Below, piece by piece: positions 10,211 through 21,194 of a stretch of DNA of 64,000 bases (its first letter is position 1; every line of letters starts with the position of its first letter). Source of the DNA: an archaeon BMS3Abin17 (GTDB lineage Archaea; Nanobdellota; Nanobdellia; Pacearchaeales; GW2011-AR1). The notes under the pieces are model-generated. The model searched no databases. It worked only from the letters and a program-made list of their open reading frames with translations, and had not been told where the DNA came from. Location of the stretch: the NCBI GenBank assembly GCA_002897655.1, contig BDTJ01000038.1:1957-65956 (forward strand), given 5' to 3'. The position numbers were made by a program, and so were the translations under genes.

Positions 10211-10621
10211 TTAAAGTAAGTCTTTTTTAGCATTCTCAGTTGCTATTTTTAAATCTTTTTCATATTTTAAAAAAATATCATTTGTCTCTTTCTTTTTTTC
10301 TTTGTTTATTGATTCTTTCACTTTTAATGTTAAATCTTTAGCATCTTTTAATATTTTTGGCTCTTCAACGGGAAAACCATTATTATAAACAGCAACTCTT
10401 CCACCAAAATAATTTATTTTAGTGTCTCTCACCTTATAACTAAACCAAGAATCATCATTAAAATCACTAGGTAAACTAACACATATTTCTTTTCCTTCAA
10501 CAATTAAGTGAAGGTCATTATAAAAAGAATCACATTTATGATTTTTACATCCAGATAATAAGAGACTAAATAATAAACCAGCAGTTAAAACTCCTGTAAC
10601 AAGTTTGGTTTTAAGGTTCAT
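10211..10621 (-). CDS. Putative lipoprotein
   Basis: Signal peptide followed by LLLSGC, a lipobox-like motif. Confidence 0.4.
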   Translation of the reverse strand: MNLKTKLVTGVLTAGLLFSLLLSGCKNHKCDSFYNDLHLIVEGKEICVSLPSDFNDDSWFSYKVRDTKINYFGGRVAVYNNGFPVEEPKILKDAKDLTLKVKESINKEKKKETNDIFLKYEKDLKIATENAKKDLL

Positions 10622-10912
10622 GTTTGTAACGATATCTCTTTGTTTTTAAACATTATTATACTTTAAAACATAATCAAGAATATTCCTCCTTTCCTACTCA
10701 AATTTTGCAATTAAGCATCTTCCTTTTCTCTTGCAATTTTTTCCTTCTAAAATTAAATAACATTCAGCGTTATAGGTTCTTGGTTTTGAATACACTCCAA
10801 TCATACCATTCTTATAAGCAACATCACTCATAGCATGAAGATTAGAACAAATATCCCAGTATAAAACTTCCATTATTTTTTTATCTTTTTTTACCATAGT
10901 TTTCTCAAAAAA

Positions 10913-11200
10913 TCACTTATTTTCAAAGATAATTCTCCCTTTATCCACAATTCTCTCAAGATTATAACTTATTGTGCAGACATTTTTCCATTCATCTTTG
11001 TCTCCTGGAAAATCAGGTAGGTCACTTATTGTAAAAATTCCATTATACCTTTTTCCATGCTCAAATAAAAGAATATTTTTCCCTTCTGTCTCAATAGAAT
11101 ACTTCCCACAAGGAGATGAAAAAACAACTTTCAAAGTCTTCTCTTTTCCTTTTTCCGGTCTTTCAACCTTAATATCCCACATTTCTGTTCTTTTAGGCAT
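10913..11200 (-). CDS. Hypothetical protein
   Basis: 95-aa ORF with coding-like composition. Confidence 0.3.
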   Translation of the reverse strand: MPKRTEMWDIKVERPEKGKEKTLKVVFSSPCGKYSIETEGKNILLFEHGKRYNGIFTISDLPDFPGDKDEWKNVCTISYNLERIVDKGRIIFENK

Positions 11201-11344
11201 TTTGATTAAAAGAATATTAAATTTAAAAAGAAATCTGTGTTAAAGTGCATACATTAACCATAAGCTTTTTTAGAAAGCTCTTCCAAGTCTTTCTTGTATA
11301 ACTTAAAAATGAATAAGAAAGTTTAAATATGATAAGTATCTCAT

Positions 11345-12703
11345 ATGGGTATGTTTTACACATTCAGTCCCAAAACCCCAAATATAAATAAAAGAGTTGT
11401 TAGGATACAAATACCTACAAAAATATATAAAAAAATTAAGAATAATTTTGTTAAAATAAATGTAAATGGTACAGAGTTAATAGATAAAATAACTTCAGAA
11501 AAAAGATTTGTTATACCAAAAGAACAAAAAATTATATTTTCTAATCAAAATATTGTTAAAATTGAGATTATTAAAAATAAAAAGAGAAAGAAAAAATCTT
11601 TCATTGTAAATAAAAAAATAGATATTCTAAATTGGCTCCCAGAAAAAAATCGTGAAGAAGTTAAAATAAATATTATTGGCAACAAGGACAATCTAACTTG
11701 TTTTATTAAAAATTTTAAAGGGAGAGTAAGGCAAGTAATTATTAAGAAATATGTCCCACTAGAATTTTGTAGATTGCTTGGATACTATCAAGCAGAAGGG
11801 GGAAAAGAAAAAATAATAAAGAAACGTCGAGGAAGAGAAGTTGTGATTACCAATACCAATCTTGACCTAGTCAAAGATTTTATTTTCTTGAGTAAATATC
11901 TAATAGATGCTTCCAATTGGAATGCTGAAATAAAGTTAACAAAAAGAAACGAGTTAAAAGAAAAGTTTATTATAAAAGAGCTAATAAAATTAGGAGTTAA
12001 AAAAAATAAGATAAAAATAAGAAAAGAAAAAAAATTAAAAGATTTTAGTATAAGGTTATCTATATGCTCAACGCTTTTGTCGGATATAATATTGAATTTC
12101 ATGAATTGCATCAGAAAAAAACTAATAGAGAGAAGACCACTGGGAAAAAATTACAAGATAATGTATATTAATTTTATGCAGGGTCTATTTTCAGGGGATG
12201 GAAACTATAATACATTTAAAAATAAAGATGGGGGAACACATCACAGATTAATCTTTTATGAGGGAAATAAGAACTATGCAATAGATTATCAAAAGTTATT
12301 AAGGAACGAAGGAATTAAAAGCAATATTATAAAAATCAAAGATAAAAATCTGTATATCATAAGAACTACTTTGAATTGGGAACTTTTGTTACTCCTCAAG
12401 GAATTAAATTTATTTGATTATCATAAAAAACATAAAGAAGCTTTAGTAAGTTCAATTAAAAGTCATAAAAGATATAAAAGTAATAAATATTTAATAAAAT
12501 TAGGAGATAATTTTAACATTAAACAAATTTGTGAGGTAAGTAATAAAAGTAAAGTAATATGTTATAATTGGATTAAAAAAATGGTTAATAATAATTTAAT
12601 TGTTAAAAATAAAATAAATGACTGGTCATCCTCATTAGGGGGGAAGAGAATTAAAGGTATTTTAAAAAATCTTGAAAATAAAGGAACTAATCCATCTCAC
12701 TAA
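11345..12703 (+). CDS. Free-standing LAGLIDADG-type homing-endonuclease-like protein
   Basis: Two LAGLIDADG-like motifs: LLGYYQAEGG and GLFSGDGNY. 452 aa and extremely Lys-rich. Confidence 0.45.
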   Translation: MGMFYTFSPKTPNINKRVVRIQIPTKIYKKIKNNFVKINVNGTELIDKITSEKRFVIPKEQKIIFSNQNIVKIEIIKNKKRKKKSFIVNKKIDILNWLPEKNREEVKINIIGNKDNLTCFIKNFKGRVRQVIIKKYVPLEFCRLLGYYQAEGGKEKIIKKRRGREVVITNTNLDLVKDFIFLSKYLIDASNWNAEIKLTKRNELKEKFIIKELIKLGVKKNKIKIRKEKKLKDFSIRLSICSTLLSDIILNFMNCIRKKLIERRPLGKNYKIMYINFMQGLFSGDGNYNTFKNKDGGTHHRLIFYEGNKNYAIDYQKLLRNEGIKSNIIKIKDKNLYIIRTTLNWELLLLLKELNLFDYHKKHKEALVSSIKSHKRYKSNKYLIKLGDNFNIKQICEVSNKSKVICYNWIKKMVNNNLIVKNKINDWSSSLGGKRIKGILKNLENKGTNPSH

Positions 12704-13721
12704 TTAATTTTTTTAATTCAACAATTCTTTTTTGAGACATATACTTTCTAACTGGCTCAAGAACCTTGATTAAAGATTCTGCAACAGCATTTTTTAAATC
12801 AAAGGGATGCAACTTTCCGCTTTCATATTTTTTTTCTAAACCCCCGTAATCATTAAACTCCAAATCCTCCCCATACTTTCTATCTCTCTTTACTTTTAAT
12901 TTTCCTTTTCTTGGGAAGATAATAAACTGGCAAATCTGTAAAATTGGGTTATTCTTAATCTCCTTTTCAGGACAGAATGATTTATTTATTTTTTTTCTTA
13001 TTGATTCTGGCTCTTCATCAATCATAATTCTTGAATTTGGGATGCTGGAAGACATCTTTCCGCCATTTAAACCAACCATATCTCCATGATGTATTATTAT
13101 TGGTGCCTTATAATCTAAATCAGGTAAATTCTCCCTCATTAACATATGAATCTTTCTTTGAGGCATATCTCCAAAAGCAATATCTACTTTCAAATGTTTG
13201 GCATCTATGGTTTGCATTAAAGGGTATAACATTTGAGCAACATGCGGGTCTTTCTCTTCCCTAGCAATAACAGCCATTGCTCTTTTAGCTCTCAAACCCC
13301 TAACTTTTAAAGATAATTTTAATACATCTAAAAAATATTCATGCCCCAACTGAAACTCGCTTCCTAAAATATAATCTGCTTTCTTCATATCAACCCCTAA
13401 AGCAGCAAATCCTTCTTTATACAATTCAGCTATATGTTCCACTTTTGCAAGACTTCCTTTTTCATTCAAAAAAGAGTGTAAATCTGCACAAAGTAATTTT
13501 AATTTCAAACCAGCTTTTTGAAAATCAATATGTTTGTTTACTCCAATCATAGTCCCAATATGCAACCCTTCCCCAGAAGGCTCAAACCCATGATATACCA
13601 CAACATTTTTCTTCTCTTTAAGAATTTCTTTTAACTCTTCTTCCCCAATTATCTCCTGTGTATTCCTCTTGATTAATTTAATCTTCTCATCCACATTTAA
13701 GTTCTTCTTTCTCCAAAACAT
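12687..13721 (-). CDS. tyrS: Tyrosyl-tRNA synthetase (archaeal type)
   Basis: N-terminus VVVYHGFEPSGEGLHIGTMIG (HIGH-like motif). KMSSS motif (GGKMSSSIPNS), the archaeal TyrRS form of KMSKS. 344 aa. Confidence 0.85.
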   Translation of the reverse strand: MFWRKKNLNVDEKIKLIKRNTQEIIGEEELKEILKEKKNVVVYHGFEPSGEGLHIGTMIGVNKHIDFQKAGLKLKLLCADLHSFLNEKGSLAKVEHIAELYKEGFAALGVDMKKADYILGSEFQLGHEYFLDVLKLSLKVRGLRAKRAMAVIAREEKDPHVAQMLYPLMQTIDAKHLKVDIAFGDMPQRKIHMLMRENLPDLDYKAPIIIHHGDMVGLNGGKMSSSIPNSRIMIDEEPESIRKKINKSFCPEKEIKNNPILQICQFIIFPRKGKLKVKRDRKYGEDLEFNDYGGLEKKYESGKLHPFDLKNAVAESLIKVLEPVRKYMSQKRIVELKKLISEMD

Positions 13722-13738
13722 GAAAAAGAGAGATTTTT

Positions 13739-14065
13739 TTAAGTTTTAAATGTTTTTGTTCTCATGTTAATAGAGATATTGCTCTTCCTTGTTAACAAAT
13801 TATCAACAGCTCCCATTAAAATAATCCCAGAAGTTTTATCCTTGTACTGTATGCCCTTCCTGTTATTTCTCCATATCTCTAATTTAGCTTTATCATTAAA
13901 AAGCTTGTATCCATTTCCAATCCCATATTCTCTTATTTCGGGAGGTAGTTCTCCTCTCTCCATAAACTTATCAAAGTGAATTTTTAGAATCTTATCCATT
14001 CCCCCTCTTAATTCATCGCAACTTTTCCAAAGAGAGCTGTATAATTCACTTTTCTTAATTGCCAT
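13739..14065 (-). CDS. Hypothetical protein
   Basis: 108-aa ORF between tyrS and AbiEii. Confidence 0.3.
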   Translation of the reverse strand: MAIKKSELYSSLWKSCDELRGGMDKILKIHFDKFMERGELPPEIREYGIGNGYKLFNDKAKLEIWRNNRKGIQYKDKTSGIILMGAVDNLLTRKSNISINMRTKTFKT

Positions 14066-14139
14066 ATTTATACACTCCTTTCCGCCTTTTTATCCTTTTC
14101 TTTAATTCTCATTTATCTCCAACTCTCCTACAATCCTTC

Positions 14140-15024
14140 CTATTTTTCCTGAAAGGCCCTAACAATCACCCCAATCATCTCCTTAACATTAACACTCTCA
14201 TCTGACTTCAACATTGAAGATATCTCTTTTTCATTCAAATCTGAAAGTTTAGAATCTAAGTTTTTAATAAAATCAAAGAGCTCTTTTCTTGTAAATTTCT
14301 CCTTAGAACTTTCATTTATTTTAGCAAGGATTAAATCAATTAGGACCTTGTCAATCTTAGCAATCTTATTCTTTAAAATAAAGTAAATGTCATATATATC
14401 CCTTATAGCAATGTTCTTTCTTACTAAAAGAGCTCTGAACTTTTCTGCAAGATTTTCGGTTAAATCAATTACTTCAATCTCAATATCTTTTTCTAAAATT
14501 GGCTGGCCCAGGGCATCAATAAATTCATGTTTGATTGTTTTCCTTTTTGTAGGTTTTCTCAACTTCTTTCTAAAAGAAATTTCTAATTTAATTGTCTGAA
14601 CAGAATTGTCAATTATAGAATTATATTTTGTTATAATCTCAAGTCCAACTATTCTGGGTTTAAATTTAGAAGTTAACATTTTCCAGCCTTTTCCTAACTC
14701 TTTGCTTGTTTCAAGTCCTAACTTATCTAAAATCTCAATTAACTCTCTTCTCAGTTTATCTAATATCATTTTTATTTGTCTTTTAGACATCTCTTTTGTA
14801 TCTTTATTATAAACAAAATCTAAATCCTCACTTAGTCTGTAAAATCCAAGATAACATTTATTCAAACATGTGCCTCCTTTAAAAACCAAATCTTTAATTC
14901 TCTTCTTTGATATTTTATGAAGAATTTTAGTTAAATGATAATCTTTCTCTAATAATCTGTCTGAAAATTTAAGTTTCTCAGCAAGATCCACAATTAGTTT
15001 TTTTAAATCAATCTTATTTTCCAT
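14140..15024 (-). CDS. AbiEii/DUF1814 nucleotidyltransferase toxin (type IV TA / abortive infection)
   Basis: Motif FKGGTCLNKCYLGFYRLSEDLDF matches the GGTAL...RFSEDLDF signature of AbiEii. Confidence 0.75.
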   Translation of the reverse strand: MENKIDLKKLIVDLAEKLKFSDRLLEKDYHLTKILHKISKKRIKDLVFKGGTCLNKCYLGFYRLSEDLDFVYNKDTKEMSKRQIKMILDKLRRELIEILDKLGLETSKELGKGWKMLTSKFKPRIVGLEIITKYNSIIDNSVQTIKLEISFRKKLRKPTKRKTIKHEFIDALGQPILEKDIEIEVIDLTENLAEKFRALLVRKNIAIRDIYDIYFILKNKIAKIDKVLIDLILAKINESSKEKFTRKELFDFIKNLDSKLSDLNEKEISSMLKSDESVNVKEMIGVIVRAFQEK

Positions 15025-15755
15025 TTTTTATCCAATAGTTTAGTTCTTGTTTTTTTGATTGTGGTATAATAAGACAATGCCTTTTTCTTTTTTAATAAAC
15101 TTAACAATTTATTGCTGTTAGTCAATAAACCAACAAGTTTTATTATTTTAATACTATCATACTTAATTGCATAATCAATTAACTTTGTTTTATCATATTT
15201 TACTTCCTTAATTCTATCCAAAACTTCACTCAAACCTCCAAGATATTCAGGATATTCAAGAACATCTATTATTGTTCTCTCTCTATCAGAATAAGGATAT
15301 TTATATTTCCTTAAAATTCCAAATAATTTATTCTTTTTAACTTTGAAAAATTTGTATTGATAGTGCAGGATTTTTTTATCAGCAGAATATTTAGTATTAA
15401 AGACAAACAGTTTATTAGGAATCTGTTCTGTAAATCCATGCAAATTAAACGCATTATACAAACCAACATAATACTCATCGGATTCTAAAAAATACTCATT
15501 CAACTCAAACTCATCTATTCCAACAGTTTTATCAACAGAACTAACAGGAACTACAATATAATATCCTCTCTTAAAAAAAACAAGCCTCTTTTTCTGCAGC
15601 ATTGACTTAATAAGATATTTAGGATTTTTTGATATTTTATATTTAGAGATCAAACTAATTAAATCATTTCTTTTAATTATCTTATATTTCTTATATTCTA
15701 AGATACCTTGTAACCTTCCTTGATTAGGGGTTAAGCTCAAATCCTTTGTTTTCAT
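15003..15755 (-). CDS. AbiEi-like antitoxin/transcriptional regulator
   Basis: 250-aa ORF immediately upstream of, and overlapping, AbiEii; the size and position fit AbiEi. Confidence 0.5.
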   Translation of the reverse strand: MKTKDLSLTPNQGRLQGILEYKKYKIIKRNDLISLISKYKISKNPKYLIKSMLQKKRLVFFKRGYYIVVPVSSVDKTVGIDEFELNEYFLESDEYYVGLYNAFNLHGFTEQIPNKLFVFNTKYSADKKILHYQYKFFKVKKNKLFGILRKYKYPYSDRERTIIDVLEYPEYLGGLSEVLDRIKEVKYDKTKLIDYAIKYDSIKIIKLVGLLTNSNKLLSLLKKKKALSYYTTIKKTRTKLLDKKWKIRLI

Positions 15756-16234
15756 CTTTCTTCACCCCTTTTTGGAAAGATGAAGGCTTGAAAATCTTTG
15801 ATTTTCATTGTTTTTTCCATTTTTGATAAGTTCTTATTTACTACCTTATTGAAAATAAGGAAAACAGGTATTTAAATCTTACCATCAAAGATTTATTTTT
15901 TCTGTTTATGATAACCCTGCAATTAATAATGTAATCTAAAATAACTAAAAAGTTACTGCATAAAACAAAATCTTTCTATTATTCACTATTCCTGGGGGAT
16001 TTCTCTATAAATTGCATCAAATAGCATAAAACATAGGGAAAATATTGTTCTATTTTCCATACAATTTAGTATAGTTTATGGAAGATTATTCTATTTTTAG
16101 CCCTATTTGCACAAAAATTTACAATATCTCTAACAAATAATGCTATATAGCGCAAACTTTATTTTATCATTCATTGACGGCACACCTATTTTTAGTAAAT
16201 ATAATCTTAAATATTCCTGAAACCCCTAAATCTC

Positions 16235-17422
16235 ATGTTAATCCAAATATCACTCTTCCTTTTAACAGGAATCCTAGCAGGCACTATCACAGGCCTGATA
16301 CCTGGAATACACATAAATCTTGTAGGAATAATTATTGTATCTTTATCTGTCTCCTATCTTAGCCCAATCTCCCCCATTTATCTCATTGTGTTCATTGTAT
16401 CAATGGCAATCACCCATACATTTATTGATTTTATCCCCTCCATACTCCTGGGATGCCCTGATACAGATACAGAACTCTCTGTTTTGCCAGGCCATAAGCT
16501 CCTGAAAAAAGGGCTTGGTTACGAAGCCATAATACTAACCTGCTATGGAAGTTTAGCAGCAATTTTTATCTTAATCCTGATATCTTTCCCTTCTGTTTTA
16601 ATTGTATCAAAAACATACGACAGCATAAGAAATTTGATTCCTTACTTTTTAATCCTGGTGTCTTTAACATTAATCTTAATGGAAAAAAAGAGATTATCGG
16701 CATTATTTGTTTTTTTGCTTACAGGTTTTCTTGGGTGGAGTGTTTTAAATCTTCACAGCATAAACCAGCCTCTTCTTCCATTATTGACAGGCCTTTTTGG
16801 GGGTTCTATGTTAATTCTTAGTATAAAAAACAAGATTAAAATTCCAAAACAAAAAATAACAAAGCCCAAGGCAAAATTAAAAATTCCATTATTAGGAGCA
16901 ATTATAGCTGCTCCAATCTGCAGTTTTCTTCCAGGCTTAGGAAGCGGACAGGCAGCAGTAATAGGAAATACTATTGCAAGAACAGACAAAAAAGGTTTTC
17001 TTGTTTTGCTTGGAGCAACAAACACCCTGGTCATGGGTTTTTCATTTATTTCACTATATACCATATCTAAAACAAGAACAGGTGCAGCAGTTGCAATACA
17101 TCAAATAATTGGAAATTTAGAGGTAAACATTCTTATCTTAATTCTTTTTGTGACATTGATTTCAGGCATAATATCCTTTTTTCTGACAATTCAGCTCGCA
17201 AAATTCTTTTCACAAAAAATAGACAGAATAAACTACACAAAACTCTCAATAATTACTTTGATAATCTTGGGGTTAATTGTTTATCTTGTATCTGATTTTA
17301 TTGGCTTGGCAATCCTAACAGCTTCAACCTTCACAGGAATATATTCCATAGGCTTGGGTGTCCGCAGAATAAGCATGATGGGCTGTTTATTGATTCCGAC
17401 AATATTATTATATTTGTTATAG
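16235..17422 (+). CDS. Polytopic membrane protein, TctA/DUF112-like
   Basis: About 10 predicted TM helices; the LLGCPDTDTELSVLPGHKLL region resembles the DUF112 family. Confidence 0.4.
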   Translation: MLIQISLFLLTGILAGTITGLIPGIHINLVGIIIVSLSVSYLSPISPIYLIVFIVSMAITHTFIDFIPSILLGCPDTDTELSVLPGHKLLKKGLGYEAIILTCYGSLAAIFILILISFPSVLIVSKTYDSIRNLIPYFLILVSLTLILMEKKRLSALFVFLLTGFLGWSVLNLHSINQPLLPLLTGLFGGSMLILSIKNKIKIPKQKITKPKAKLKIPLLGAIIAAPICSFLPGLGSGQAAVIGNTIARTDKKGFLVLLGATNTLVMGFSFISLYTISKTRTGAAVAIHQIIGNLEVNILILILFVTLISGIISFFLTIQLAKFFSQKIDRINYTKLSIITLIILGLIVYLVSDFIGLAILTASTFTGIYSIGLGVRRISMMGCLLIPTILLYLL

Positions 17423-17683
17423 AAAAAACCAAAGATTTATATAGTCAAAAAGACTATAAATTGCAAGGGAAATAAGAATGTATTTTAGGAGTATAAAGAA
17501 AACAAAACATTACAAAGAGCACCCTGAACAAAATTTCCCTTGGAGCAAAGTTATTGGGATTATACTAACAGCAAAAAATAAACGAAAGAAAGAAGATAAA
17601 ATTGAAATCAAAACAAAAAATCATTATATATTATGCCAATTAAAAAATAACATTTTAGGGGTAATAAACGCTAAACAAACAAA

Positions 17684-18010
17684 ATGAAAATTCAAAACTG
17701 TCCAGACTGCAAATCAAAATTAAAGAAAGTTCAGATTAAAATTGAAGATGCAGAAACCAAAGCAATTAGCTATCAGTGCCCTAACTGTGATTATTTCATT
17801 TTTGAACCAGAAACCACTTTAAAGATTATTGAAGAAATAAAAACAAAAGAGTCTCCTTTAAAAATAAAACAAAAAATAATAAAGTTGTCAAAAGACCGGC
17901 TTGGAATGTATTTTAATAAAGATATAATTGAAAGTTTAAATCTAAAATCTGGAGAGGAAATCCTGGTTTCTGTTCCTAACAAAAAGAAAGTAGTGTTAGA
18001 TATTTGTTAG
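17684..18010 (+). CDS. Zn-ribbon plus SpoVT/AbrB-like small DNA-binding protein
   Basis: Two Cys pairs (CPDC...CPNC), followed by KLSKDRLGMYFNKDIIESLNLKSGEEILV, which is AbrB-like. Confidence 0.4.
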   Translation: MKIQNCPDCKSKLKKVQIKIEDAETKAISYQCPNCDYFIFEPETTLKIIEEIKTKESPLKIKQKIIKLSKDRLGMYFNKDIIESLNLKSGEEILVSVPNKKKVVLDIC

Positions 18011-18615
18011 ATATTTATTATAAAGAATGAATAATATTATTGAAGGTTTGTAATAAGTTACAAAAGATATTCAGGAGAATATTCTCCAAAAGATGGCTTT
18101 TTTTTAATTTCATTGAGCCAAGGATTATATTTATACAAAGTATTCATTGTTCTAATTGATGTGTCTATTCTTCTAAAGAGTATATTAGCACCAGATTCAT
18201 CTTTTGATTTTTCTAAACTTTTTAAAATAGAAATATTGCAAAATATATCTTCTTTCACATCTGATAAAAAACTTAAAAGTTCTTTCTTCTCTTTTTTATT
18301 TACCATGAATAACCTCCAGATTAGAAATATTTAAACATTATTATACTCTAAAATGCCCAAAAACAATCTTTTAAAAAAATTATTTAATATAATTCTTCTA
18401 AATTTATTTTGCCTAAATCATGTCGTAACATATTTCTTCCGCAAATCTCTCTAACAACCTTAGTCTCTCCTTTGATATATTTAACAAAATCTCCAGCCAC
18501 TACATACACTCATACATTCTTTAATCTCATCCCCGCAAATACAACAAAACCTGTCCATCAACATAAGACCCCAGGAACATTTTTAAATATTAACTCCTTC
18601 TTATTTTTAATAAAA

Positions 18616-18834
18616 ATGGTGATAAATATTGAAGCAGTAATCTGGTACTTATTTCTCATAGATAGTATTGGTGCAAACATAATGGCATGGTGCTGTGCTA
18701 AATGGTATAAAAAGAAATACAAAGGATGGATGTACAAACATTTTCCTGCGGCAAAAGGCTGGATACTTTCCTATTTAATTCTCGTCCTATGGGTTGGATA
18801 TGCCCTATATAGATTAGGAGTATTGCCTTATTGA
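18616..18834 (+). CDS. Small membrane protein
   Basis: Two hydrophobic helices; start moved to the internal Met of the track ORF. Confidence 0.3.
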   Translation: MVINIEAVIWYLFLIDSIGANIMAWCCAKWYKKKYKGWMYKHFPAAKGWILSYLILVLWVGYALYRLGVLPY

Positions 18835-19124
18835 GAGATATATTTAATTTAGAATACATATTTTTAAACATAAGAAAATTAATCTCAGACTATGAATAAA
18901 CTTTTACACGCCTTAGACAATCTAATAATGCCAGACAGGTCAGTGAGAGAAATTAATAGAAAAATTGAAAAACATTTAGTTAATTTCCCTTTAGAAAGCT
19001 TAAATACCCATTACATTTCAGACATATATAGTAAAGCAAATATTTGCTGATTTCTCTAAAAAGATTATTTATGCTGTACCTATAAGATGGATTGTATCGC
19101 AAAAAAACCTCTTTACAATAGAAA

Positions 19125-21194
19125 TTATAAAAAATTATTTCTAGATTTACCAATATAGTGGTTCCAGAACGAAATTGCAATAACTTCTCCCGTTATACCG
19201 CCTCCATCTCCACTACTTGATTCTCCTCCGCCAGAGTTGCTTGTTCCTGAATCAGATGGTGCAGCTACACCTCCACCACTTGAAGAAGTTGTAGTGTCCT
19301 CTCCACCTTGAGTATAAACATCTGTAGGACCTTCATAACCTCCATCTCCTTCTGAAGGTGGTGTTTGCTGGGAACCTTCAGGAGGTTCACCATAATAATC
19401 TGAAGGCTCTCCAGGACCAGGACCTTCTCCAGAACCATATTGCTGTCCCTCATCTTCATAATAACATTTACACTGATCATTTATACAATCTGTTCTTGAA
19501 GCACCAGGACACTGGCTTGCGCAATCATCACATCCCGGACCAGGACCCCCTCTAAAATCATCTCCTTCTGGTGATCCTCTTTCCCATGGCTTATCTCCTT
19601 TATACTCCTTTTTCCATTTCTCTTCATCCTGATTCCATCTCTCTTCATTTTTTCTTCTCTCTTCATCATTTCTCCTCTCTTGTTCAGGCCATTCTTCTCT
19701 CATGAATTTTTCACAATCAGGAGGCCAGTGTATTCTGTTTTCCTTGCACTGCCAGGTTATCTCTCCTTCTGGTGCTTTAAACCCAGGACCAACACCATAT
19801 TGCTCCCCCATATCCTTGCCCATATTATCATAACATTCCAGTCTCTTCATAGAATCTTGTATTCCTCCGCAATCTTGTCCAAAACCAGGTCCAGGACCCA
19901 TTCCCGGCTTCATTGAAGAATCCATAAATTTTTTACACTCTCTTGGACTCAAGTCTTTTTCAACACATTCAGGAGGCATCATATTTCTTGCACACTCGTC
20001 AGGACTCATTCCTTCACATTCAGGAGGCATCATAATCCTGTCACATATATCTCTGGCACCTCTCTCATCTTTTATCTCGCCTGATTCAATTGCTTTTTTA
20101 ATAGCATCCTTACATTCAAAAGGTGCATGTACTCTGACCATAATCAACATACATTCTTTTGGAGTGCTGGCTCCCTCTTTTATACATTCTGGGGGCATAT
20201 GCATGTCATATCTTGCTTCCCCGTATTTCATTTCAATATCATCAAAAATTTCCTGCAAATGAGGAGGCAATTCAGGCATCTCAATTTCATCCATCATATC
20301 ACAAGCATCCTCAGACCCCGCATCACATTTAACAGCAAGAGGGGCTACTTTACTGCATGCAACTGAAAAATCATAAAAAGAAATATCCTCGCACCTGCAG
20401 TCATTTCCAGAAGTCTTAAAACACTCAGACATAATATCTCCAAACTCTCTTGCTTCTTTTTCCTGCTCTGCTGTCAGTGTCTTATGTAACTTTTTCTTCC
20501 ATTCAGGAGCATCATCTCCTGTCTTGCAAATTCTCGAGTATTCCATAGGATCTAATTCAGCCAATTGCACACATAAATCTTTAATTTTAGAGGAAATTTC
20601 AACAGCAGTTACAATAGAACTCTCTTTTTCAATTATGTCGTCATAAAATTCTTTTCTCTCTTCTTTAGGAATTTCGTCTTTTACCTCATTCAAGGCTCTG
20701 CGAATTACAGCTGCACTTCTTCTTGCTTCATCCCTCTTATCAGGATCCACATTTTTTTCAAGTTCTTTAGCATTTTCATTATACCTATCCAGTGCTTTTT
20801 TAGCAGCCTGATAGTCACCTTTTTCAATCATTGCTTTAACCTCTGCTATTCTTTCTTCCCTGTTATCTATTTCATTGCCAAATCTGTCAAAAAATTCATC
20901 AACAAAATAAAAAGCACTGTCAGGAGTCAGTCCAGGATTAGTAATCTTTTCCCCTGCATATTCCTCCTCCAGCCCTCCAAGAACTTTTTCACTTTCTGTT
21001 CCAGTAGCCACATCCCCCTGACCTTCATCAACTGTTGCATTTGTACCATCAATACCAATATCTGTAACTGCATCAGTTGCAGTGTCAGTTGTGTCTATCA
21101 AAGTATCATTTTCACCCTGAGCAAGAACAATTCCAGAAACTAATATTCCAAATACAGCTATGAATATAAATAAATATACCCCCCCTTTTCTCAT
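19125..21194 (-). CDS. Secreted acidic Cys-rich low-complexity protein with MMPPEC repeats and a Gly/Ser/Pro-rich tail
   Basis: Signal peptide MRKGGVYLFIFIAVFGILVSGIVLA. Repeated MMPPEC/MPPEC/PGPG motifs. The gene is noticeably GC-richer than its surroundings. Confidence 0.5.
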   Translation of the reverse strand: MRKGGVYLFIFIAVFGILVSGIVLAQGENDTLIDTTDTATDAVTDIGIDGTNATVDEGQGDVATGTESEKVLGGLEEEYAGEKITNPGLTPDSAFYFVDEFFDRFGNEIDNREERIAEVKAMIEKGDYQAAKKALDRYNENAKELEKNVDPDKRDEARRSAAVIRRALNEVKDEIPKEERKEFYDDIIEKESSIVTAVEISSKIKDLCVQLAELDPMEYSRICKTGDDAPEWKKKLHKTLTAEQEKEAREFGDIMSECFKTSGNDCRCEDISFYDFSVACSKVAPLAVKCDAGSEDACDMMDEIEMPELPPHLQEIFDDIEMKYGEARYDMHMPPECIKEGASTPKECMLIMVRVHAPFECKDAIKKAIESGEIKDERGARDICDRIMMPPECEGMSPDECARNMMPPECVEKDLSPRECKKFMDSSMKPGMGPGPGFGQDCGGIQDSMKRLECYDNMGKDMGEQYGVGPGFKAPEGEITWQCKENRIHWPPDCEKFMREEWPEQERRNDEERRKNEERWNQDEEKWKKEYKGDKPWERGSPEGDDFRGGPGPGCDDCASQCPGASRTDCINDQCKCYYEDEGQQYGSGEGPGPGEPSDYYGEPPEGSQQTPPSEGDGGYEGPTDVYTQGGEDTTTSSSGGGVAAPSDSGTSNSGGGESSSGDGGGITGEVIAISFWNHYIGKSRNNFL

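Noticed and set aside
13739-14065. 108-aa ORF as an HsdM N-terminal fragment
   Set aside because: Only the first ~15 residues (ELYSSLWKSCDELRGG) resemble HsdM N-termini. The rest does not. It is kept as hypothetical.
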